IMG/VR virus record: IMGVR_UViG_3300031553_000024
Coordinates: 1-31,032 of that record
Length of the DNA: 31,032 bases
Strand: one strand, 5' to 3'
Source: a virus
Lineage: Duplodnaviria; Caudoviricetes
Positions within the stretch are counted from its first letter, which is position 1. The number at the start of each line of letters is the position of its first letter. The notes below the pieces were generated by a model. It was not told where the DNA came from. It worked only from the letters and a program-made list of their open reading frames with translations, and did not search any database. Shown here in pieces: positions 24,714 through 31,032 of this stretch. Position numbers and translations under genes: made by a program.

Positions 24714-26123
24714 ATGGCGACGAGAATAGAACTGTTCAACGTGGCGAAGGCGAAGGCACTTGAGGCCATCGAGAAGGGCGCCCTTGAAGAGGCGCAGGAG
24801 CGGCGCAAGGAGGCGGAAAGCCTCAAGGCGCTCATTGAGACCGAGGAGGCCGTCAAGGGGCTGGATATTCCCAAGACGGACCCGATTCGGCCGCCAATGC
24901 CGGGCGGGGCCCCAGAGGAGAAGGCGGCGAAGGCGGACGAACCGGAGGTTCCCTATACCGTCAAGGCGTTCTACGAGAAGCGGTTCGGGGAGCGCGATGC
25001 CGGTGTGGACCGGATTCTGAAGGATATGCACGGCGGGGACTACATGACCCGCTATTGGAATCAGCGCCAGTCCTTTTTCAAGTACTTGCGTTATGGCTCA
25101 CCGCGGATGACCGCTGATGACTGGGTGGCTGTGCGTGATCCGGTATGGACGCCCGAGTCCATCGCAAACGCACTACTCAAGGGTTTTGACAGTGTAGCCA
25201 ACCTCAAGGCAACGATGATCGAATCAGCGGAGGCCCTCGGTGGTGCCTGGGCACCTGTGGACTTTCAGGCCCGGCTCATCGAGCGAGTGGCGGCGGTCGC
25301 GCAAGTACGCCAACGCACCACGCCCATCCCAACGTCGCGTGACACTTTGGAGCTGCCGAAATCGACGGGCGGGGGTTCTCAATACGCCAACGCGGTTAGG
25401 GTGACTTGGGTTGATGAGCAGCCGAGCAGCACTGCCGCGGCGACGAACCTCAGCACGGGCCTCGAGAAGATCCCGGTACATACCTGCATGGCGACCGTTA
25501 CTCTTTCCAAGAACATGCTAGAGGACGCGGCATTTCCTATCGAGCCCTATCTGACCAGGGTGTTTGGCGAGGCATTGGCGATCAACGAGGATAATCTATT
25601 CCTGACTGGCGATGGCACGAGTGGCCCGCAGGGGATCGTGCCTGACAGCGCCAATGGCCTGAGCCTGAGCTATGGCATAAACCCGAGTTCTACCACCGCT
25701 GTGGAATGGGACGGGCTCATCAGTACTATGTTCAAACTGGATCAGCAGTATAGGCAGAACGCGGCCTGGATCATGGAAAAAGCGACTTATGAGGACGTGG
25801 CCCAGCTCAAGGACAGTTATGGGCAATATCTCTGGCGCGAACGCTTCGGAGATAATGTCGCGGAGGGCTTCCACCAACGCTTGATGGGCTCGCCTGCACT
25901 GGAGCAGGAAGCTATGCCCTCAGTGGAAGCCAGTGCCTTCGTGGCCATTTATGGCGACCTGAGCGGATATACGATTGCTGAGCGCGTGGGTATGAGCGTG
26001 CAACGCTATGACGATTCAACCACGGCCAGCCAGAATCAGGTCAAGATCGTCATGCGGCGGCGGCTGGGCGGTAAGGTCACAGAGCCATGGCGCTTTGTCC
26101 TCTACAAGGTCGCGACAAGCTAA
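24714..26123 (+). CDS. major capsid protein (HK97 fold)
   Basis: GG..AP..F...LIE, WVDE, LS..MLEDA, ED..FL.GDG...P.GI, LKD..GQYLW, GD.SGY.I.ER; AGGAG RBS. Confidence 0.92.
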   Translation: MATRIELFNVAKAKALEAIEKGALEEAQERRKEAESLKALIETEEAVKGLDIPKTDPIRPPMPGGAPEEKAAKADEPEVPYTVKAFYEKRFGERDAGVDRILKDMHGGDYMTRYWNQRQSFFKYLRYGSPRMTADDWVAVRDPVWTPESIANALLKGFDSVANLKATMIESAEALGGAWAPVDFQARLIERVAAVAQVRQRTTPIPTSRDTLELPKSTGGGSQYANAVRVTWVDEQPSSTAAATNLSTGLEKIPVHTCMATVTLSKNMLEDAAFPIEPYLTRVFGEALAINEDNLFLTGDGTSGPQGIVPDSANGLSLSYGINPSSTTAVEWDGLISTMFKLDQQYRQNAAWIMEKATYEDVAQLKDSYGQYLWRERFGDNVAEGFHQRLMGSPALEQEAMPSVEASAFVAIYGDLSGYTIAERVGMSVQRYDDSTTASQNQVKIVMRRRLGGKVTEPWRFVLYKVATS

Positions 26124-26138
26124 CCAGGAGTATATAAC

Positions 26139-26603
26139 ATGAATGTACGAGAATTTGGTCGGGACTATTTTGTAGAGGTTGGAACCACGCTCTGTGAGAC
26201 CGCCCTGACCGGGGTCTCCGCTATTCCGGCCTCGGGCGGCTATTGGGACGTGTCCATGTGCGACTATGTCCACGTTGTGGGGCACCTGGGCACGATCCAC
26301 CCTTCGGATTCCCCAACGTTTGAGTTGCAATGCGCAGAGGCAGCGGACGGCACGCTAGACGCTATCTCGGCGACGGCGCTCAAGTTCACCCCAGCCGTAA
26401 CTGATGATGGCCAAATGATTATGTGGGATATCAAGGTAGACACCTTGCCTGCAGATCATCACTATCTTGGCATCGCAGTCGCGGGAACGCTGACGAACGG
26501 ATCATATGCGGACTTTATGGTCTTCAAGGGTCGGCTGTCAATCCCGGTGAGTCAGAGCGCCACTCAGATCAGTTCCAGTGCCATCATGCGATGGCTGAGC
26601 TAA
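26139..26603 (+). CDS. putative capsid-associated (decoration) protein
   Basis: Beta-rich composition; immediately after the capsid gene; AGGAG RBS. Confidence 0.55.
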   Translation: MNVREFGRDYFVEVGTTLCETALTGVSAIPASGGYWDVSMCDYVHVVGHLGTIHPSDSPTFELQCAEAADGTLDAISATALKFTPAVTDDGQMIMWDIKVDTLPADHHYLGIAVAGTLTNGSYADFMVFKGRLSIPVSQSATQISSSAIMRWLS

Positions 26604-26604
26604 G

Positions 26605-26636
26605 AAAAAGCCCGGGCGAGGGCGACCTCGCCCGGG
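26605..26636. terminator. 11-bp perfect hairpin; U-tract only on the minus strand
   Basis: CCCGGGCGAGG-GCGA-CCTCGCCCGGG preceded by AAAAAG. Confidence 0.5.
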
Positions 26637-26649
26637 ACAGGAGTTGAAC

Positions 26650-27228
26650 ATGCGAAAACTTTTGATCGCGGGACTGGTCATTGCGGTTCTGGCCGGGTGC
26701 TCTTATGCCACTCTGGTCTATACGGAGCAGGGCGGTGCGAAGATGGTGGTCGCTAGCGGTGGTGAGCTAGAGATGCAAAGCGGCGCCACGCTAGATGTTC
26801 AATCGGGCGTGACCAGCACCTTCGGCGGGGACGTTACCATCACCGGGGCGAGTACTCAAACGGGCGCGGTGAGCGCCGAGTCCACCATGGGTGTCGATGG
26901 GGCGCTTACGGCAGCGGGGATCGTGAGCATTGGAACCTGGCTCCGTATCCCCCCAGAGACAGTTATCACAGTGACGATGGATAGCATCATCACGCCAACT
27001 GGCACTTTCCAGCAGTTGGGGGCGGCGGGCGCAGTCAACACGAGCAGCATCGCTGCGGGAACGGCGGGCGACATTCTGGTCCTCATCGGTCCCGCATCGA
27101 ACAGCGTGACCATCACCGATACGGGCACACTCAAGCTAGGTGGTAGTAGGGCCCTCTCGGCGAATGACACTCTATTGCTCATAGCGGACGGCACGAACTG
27201 GAATGAAGTCGCCTTCGTCAATAACTGA
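26650..27228 (+). CDS. head fiber/decoration-like protein with lipoprotein-type signal peptide
   Basis: MRKLLIAGLVIAVLAGC then VYTEQGG..MVV.SGGELEM.SGA.L; Gly/Thr-rich beta repeats. Confidence 0.65.
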   Translation: MRKLLIAGLVIAVLAGCSYATLVYTEQGGAKMVVASGGELEMQSGATLDVQSGVTSTFGGDVTITGASTQTGAVSAESTMGVDGALTAAGIVSIGTWLRIPPETVITVTMDSIITPTGTFQQLGAAGAVNTSSIAAGTAGDILVLIGPASNSVTITDTGTLKLGGSRALSANDTLLLIADGTNWNEVAFVNN

Positions 27229-27247
27229 GGCCAGAGGCCATAGTAAG

Positions 27248-27276
27248 GCGGGGCGGGAGACCCAAGCCCGCCCCGC
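27248..27276. other. intergenic GC hairpin
   Basis: GCGGGGCGGG-N9-CCCGCCCCGC; no U-tract on the + strand. Confidence 0.5.
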
Positions 27277-27291
27277 ACATAGAGAAGGCCA

Positions 27292-28161
27292 GTGAACGAA
27301 TATGCGACGCCATGGCAACTGAAAGACTATCTCGGCCTACGCGACAGCGATAAGGCCGTCGTGGAATCTGTGACTGGAGAGGACGTCTTGCTCCGGCGCT
27401 TCTGTGAGAGCGCCAGCCGCAAGATCGATACCTGGACGCGGCGCAAGTTCTATCCGCGCATCGAGACGCGATACTATGATGACGATGAGAGTTGGCGGAT
27501 ATGGCTGGACGATGATCTGCTAGAGATAAACTTGCTGACCACTGGGAATACAGGCACAACGATCACACCGGCGCAATACATCCTGTGGCCCTACGGCGAT
27601 TATCCCAAGGCCCGAATCGATATAGACGAAAGCACCGGCGTCGCCCTGAGCTTCAGCGGAACGCCGCAACGCGCAAACGCAGTGGCTGGGACTTGGGGAT
27701 ATAACTCAGACTGGGCCAGGGCCTGGGTTGGTTCGGGCGATACCCTCCAGGCGGCGGTGACTGATGCAACGGGGACGACGCTCACAGTGACCAGCGCCGC
27801 GGGGGCCAACGTTCAGGGTCTAGCCCCACGGTTCCAGGAATGCCACCTCCTCAAAATCGACGATGAGCTCCTATACGTCTATGCGGTCCCTCTGAATACG
27901 AGCCTCTCTGTGCGCCGGGGCGTGAATGGCAGCACCGCAGCCACACACCTGGATGGCGCCGCGATCTATGTTTTCGAGCCGGAACCAGAGATCACGCTTG
28001 CCATACAGCGTTGGGGGGCATATCTCTATCGGCAGAAGGACTCGGATACGTTTGAAACGCAAGCCTTCCCCGAGGTGGGGATGGTGACAACGGCCGCTGG
28101 GCTGCCAGCGGACATCCGCCAGGTACTGGACGTCTATACGCGGCGAGAGACTATATCATGA
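27292..28161 (+). CDS. head-tail connector (gp6/gp15-like) with inserted beta domain
   Basis: YAT..QLK.YL, ASR.ID..T.R.F, G.WGY, LP.DI...L..Y.R; insert ends VRRG.NGS.AA.H..GA.I. Confidence 0.75.
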   Translation: MNEYATPWQLKDYLGLRDSDKAVVESVTGEDVLLRRFCESASRKIDTWTRRKFYPRIETRYYDDDESWRIWLDDDLLEINLLTTGNTGTTITPAQYILWPYGDYPKARIDIDESTGVALSFSGTPQRANAVAGTWGYNSDWARAWVGSGDTLQAAVTDATGTTLTVTSAAGANVQGLAPRFQECHLLKIDDELLYVYAVPLNTSLSVRRGVNGSTAATHLDGAAIYVFEPEPEITLAIQRWGAYLYRQKDSDTFETQAFPEVGMVTTAAGLPADIRQVLDVYTRRETIS

Positions 28162-28586
28162 GCTTGAGTAGCGTCCTGGCCGCCATGCAGACGATCAATA
28201 GTAACGTAACCGGCGTGGCGCAGGCATTCACGCGGCCGCCACAGGTCATAGACACGGCCGACATTCCCTCCCTGATCACCTACTGGCAAAGTTCGGCGAT
28301 CACCAATCCGAACTATACGCAACGCGAAGTCACCCACACAATCATGATCCGGCTCGTAGGCGAACCGCTGGGCCAGAACATCGATCATGCTGCCCGACAA
28401 GAGCGGCTGGAGCCCTTTTTCGAGCGGGTGCTGGACGCATACGATGGCGCCGTGCAACTGGGATCGCTGAGTGGTGTACACCGAAGCGAGATCATCAACG
28501 CCGTGGCCAATTGGGCAGGAGAATACGCAACGATAGAGTTCACCTTCCAGATAACAGAAAAGTACAATGTGACGGTGGGGTTATAA
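28158..28586 (+). CDS. putative tail terminator/completion protein
   Basis: Size and synteny between connector and tail tube. Confidence 0.55.
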   Translation: MSLSSVLAAMQTINSNVTGVAQAFTRPPQVIDTADIPSLITYWQSSAITNPNYTQREVTHTIMIRLVGEPLGQNIDHAARQERLEPFFERVLDAYDGAVQLGSLSGVHRSEIINAVANWAGEYATIEFTFQITEKYNVTVGL

Positions 28587-28588
28587 CA

Positions 28589-29428
28589 TTGTCTGATGAC
28601 GTGAGCGTTGTGGTGGCAATCCCCTCTGAGCGGATGATGTACGCGGAGGCAGTCCATAGCTTGATGACGATCATCGCGCGAGGCAATTCGTTTATGGGGC
28701 ATGGGTATGCGCGGACTGACATAACGCGCAACGAAATGGCCGCAACGCTGCTGAGGCAAACATTCACCCACATCCTCATGCTGGACAGCGATCACATACA
28801 CCCTCCGGACATTGTGGCAAAGTTGGCGCAATGGCCAGCGCGAGACCGAGACAAGTTCATGGTGGTGGGCGGCCTCAACTTCCGCCGGGGGGTTCCCTAT
28901 GATCCCTGCGCCTACATGTGGAACGATGGAAAGCTAGCGCCAATCCACCGATGGCCAGATGACGCATTGTTGAAAGTTGATGTTCTAGGGTCTGGAAGCA
29001 TCTTGATAGATCGGCGTGTTTTCGAGCGACTCCCTTACCCCTGGTTCGGCTATGACTATAGCTTGCTGGACGCGCTCGGGTGGCCCGAGTGCGGAGTCGA
29101 AGGGCTGAGGGCGGCTACGTGGCCGGGGACAGACGTCTGGTTTTCAAAGCTGTGTAACAAAGCCCATATAGATCAGTGGGTTTATAGTGGGGTGTCCTCC
29201 CCACACATAATGCACACCACGATAACCCAGGCAGTCCGCGAGGCCTTTTTGCGCGCGGCGGAAGCACACGGGGAAATAATCACTGTGACAAAACCTACCC
29301 GCGCCCATATCCCAGAAAACGGAGGCGACAAATGCCAAAGCGACGACGGCGAGCGGTCGGAGCACGATGGCGCCCGCGTGCCATTGGCAGGAGCGTTACC
29401 ATTCGCGGAATCCCTGCCAGAGACCTGA
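28589..29428 (+). CDS. glycosyltransferase, GT-A-like, within the tail operon
   Basis: ITRN, THILMLDSDH, LGSGSILIDRRVFE.L..PWF, GTDVWF; similar to 16239-16919. Confidence 0.8.
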   Translation: MSDDVSVVVAIPSERMMYAEAVHSLMTIIARGNSFMGHGYARTDITRNEMAATLLRQTFTHILMLDSDHIHPPDIVAKLAQWPARDRDKFMVVGGLNFRRGVPYDPCAYMWNDGKLAPIHRWPDDALLKVDVLGSGSILIDRRVFERLPYPWFGYDYSLLDALGWPECGVEGLRAATWPGTDVWFSKLCNKAHIDQWVYSGVSSPHIMHTTITQAVREAFLRAAEAHGEIITVTKPTRAHIPENGGDKCQSDDGERSEHDGARVPLAGALPFAESLPET

Positions 29429-29646
29429 GCGCCGAGGAAGTGGAGCGGATAGGCGTTGCGCGCCTCAAAGCGCAGCGCGGTCTATATGAGATTCTATACG
29501 AACGTGAATCAGGGCAGGCGGAAGCACCGCCTACCGAACAAGCCATGATGGAGGGATCCGATGGCACAGAAAACGAGTGGAGTGCGACGGTTGCGCAAGA
29601 TTCAGTTCAGCCCGGAGACGACAGCGGGGACGGCGGTCAGTTGTGA
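29332..29646 (+). CDS. small hypothetical protein preceding the tail tube
   Basis: GGAGG RBS; GIPARDLSAEE...GLYE. Confidence 0.55.
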   Translation: MPKRRRRAVGARWRPRAIGRSVTIRGIPARDLSAEEVERIGVARLKAQRGLYEILYERESGQAEAPPTEQAMMEGSDGTENEWSATVAQDSVQPGDDSGDGGQL

Positions 29647-30577
29647 TGATATGTGGAGAGGGACTGCGATCCTCACGGATGATCGCACAATAGAAACTCC
29701 GGAAGAGGATGACGGATGGATGGCCGGTGGTGACCGGCAGTATACGGCCATGAAACGCGCCTCGTTGAGCTTAGAGGAACGCGATGCCACGTTTGAGGAG
29801 CTGCCATGGATCCTTGGCGGCGGAATCAATTGGCAATCAACAGGGGCTGGGGACGGCACAGTCGGGAAATACAGCTACACCTATCCATTCGGCACATCAG
29901 GTGTGAAGACCGCCAAAACGTTCAGTTTCGAGGCGGGCGACAATGTATTGGTTGAGACATTCGACTATGGGCTTGTCTCGGAGTTTACGTTGGCAGCCGC
30001 GTACGGCGAATCCGTGAGGATGTCCGGGACGGTGATTGGCCGTGAGGTTACATCCGCCGGGGCCTTTTACAGTACGTCCGTGCAAACGCCGACGGTCGAG
30101 ACAATCTATGCCAACAAGGGTCAGTTCTATATCGATGCTAAGGGCGGGACGGCCGGTACAACCGAAGCGCCTGCGACGCTGCGCGACTGGTCTCTAGCAG
30201 TGACGACCGGATTCACGCCCGTCCCGACCCAAGACGGCAACATAGCATGGGCGCATCATAAGCAGGTTGGCTACGAGGCCACGCTGTCCCTGACTATGGA
30301 ACTCAATGATACGGCGGGGACCGAGAAAATCGCCTGGCGGGACGGTACGCCGCGGATCATACAGATCAAAACGGAGGGCGCCGCTCTCACAAGTGGAGGG
30401 ACTTCGTACACGAACAAGTCCTTGATTATCAACGCGGTAGGCGTTTACGAGACCTTCGATCCTATGAGTGATGCCGATGGGAACGACACAGTTTCGGCGA
30501 CATTCCGGTTGCGCCATGACGCAAGCGCGGGTGACTCCGAGATCATCGTGGTGAATAACGAGGCGACCTACAGCTAG
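29561..30577 (+). CDS. major tail tube protein
   Basis: IQF..ETTAGTAV N-terminus, Ser/Thr/Gly-rich, ends IIVVN; precedes the chaperone. Confidence 0.75.
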   Translation: MAQKTSGVRRLRKIQFSPETTAGTAVSCDDMWRGTAILTDDRTIETPEEDDGWMAGGDRQYTAMKRASLSLEERDATFEELPWILGGGINWQSTGAGDGTVGKYSYTYPFGTSGVKTAKTFSFEAGDNVLVETFDYGLVSEFTLAAAYGESVRMSGTVIGREVTSAGAFYSTSVQTPTVETIYANKGQFYIDAKGGTAGTTEAPATLRDWSLAVTTGFTPVPTQDGNIAWAHHKQVGYEATLSLTMELNDTAGTEKIAWRDGTPRIIQIKTEGAALTSGGTSYTNKSLIINAVGVYETFDPMSDADGNDTVSATFRLRHDASAGDSEIIVVNNEATYS

Positions 30578-30605
30578 GCTCGACACCTAGCAAAAAAGGA
30601 GGAAT

Positions 30606-30884
30606 ATGGTCGACAGCGTAATAGACACGATCAACATCGACGGCGCGCGCCTAGCAGAGATACTGGGCGATTTGGACGAGATGCCTTACGAATATGTCCT
30701 ACTTTTCAACGAGCCGGGCAATGAGCACGTGTGGTCGACAATCCTGGATCTGCTCGACGACGTGAGCGATTGGGACAAGACGCGCCTGCGGCGGCTCAAA
30801 ATGCGAGAGGTCATGGCCCTCTTTGAGCGCGTTGTAGAGTCCGTCGGCAAAAAGGCGGTCACGGACGAGGAAAAAAAAAGCTGA
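30606..30884 (+). CDS. tail assembly chaperone (gpG-like)
   Basis: AAGGAGG RBS; ends at an A9 slippery run. Confidence 0.75.
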   Translation: MVDSVIDTINIDGARLAEILGDLDEMPYEYVLLFNEPGNEHVWSTILDLLDDVSDWDKTRLRRLKMREVMALFERVVESVGKKAVTDEEKKS

Positions 30885-31032
30885 ACCAATGGGCAGATAA
30901 TCGAGGTCGCCAGGTGCCTTGGTGGGTCGGGGTCTTGCGCTGTGCCGAGTCGTGGGGGATGCCCCCCTGGGACGTGATACATGCCCGTGAGTATATCATC
31001 TGGGGACGGCGGGAGATGGCCTACCGGGCCGC
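30872..31032 (+). CDS. -1 frameshift extension of the tail chaperone (gpGT-like), truncated by the window end
   Basis: A-AAA-AAA heptamer; -1 frame open: KKLNQWADNRG...CAESWGMPPWDV... Confidence 0.7.

Noticed and set aside
1-31032. tRNA/rRNA genes, integrase, transposase, lysis genes
   Set aside because: None recognised by eye; lifestyle and host cannot be established from this window.

Overview
A 31-kb segment of a GC-rich tailed dsDNA phage or prophage, with almost all genes on the + strand. It starts with an early/middle region (1-12.7 kb): sigma70-type promoters, an RHH regulator, a probable ssDNA-annealing recombinase, many small ORFs, an orphan HigA, ASCH, DUF1064, a Dam-type methylase, a replication initiator and a G39P-like loader inhibitor. 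An accessory block follows (12.8-16.9 kb), then the morphogenesis operon (17.2-31 kb): TerS-like genes, TerL, portal, MuF, prohead protease, HK97-fold capsid, head-tail proteins, tail tube and a frameshifting tail chaperone. The standout locus is a solitary Cas7/RAMP-like gene (12828-13496) followed immediately by a 253-nt array of 49 GC-led modules. These are mostly GCR-NN pentamers, punctuated by an 11-nt anchor GCACAGCAA(A/G)G. No other cas gene or canonical CRISPR array is present, so this is a candidate minimal phage RNA-guided system. The second highlight is a 329-aa intein in the MuF gene whose endonuclease (HTH plus DUF559/Vsr-like) appears to be a separate antisense gene spanning almost the whole intein. 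Also noted: a possible +1 portal-MuF frameshift, a sulfotransferase/glycosyltransferase set, a lipobox-bearing virion-type gene and a 33-bp direct-repeat cassette. All family calls are by-eye motif recognition; no database searches were run.
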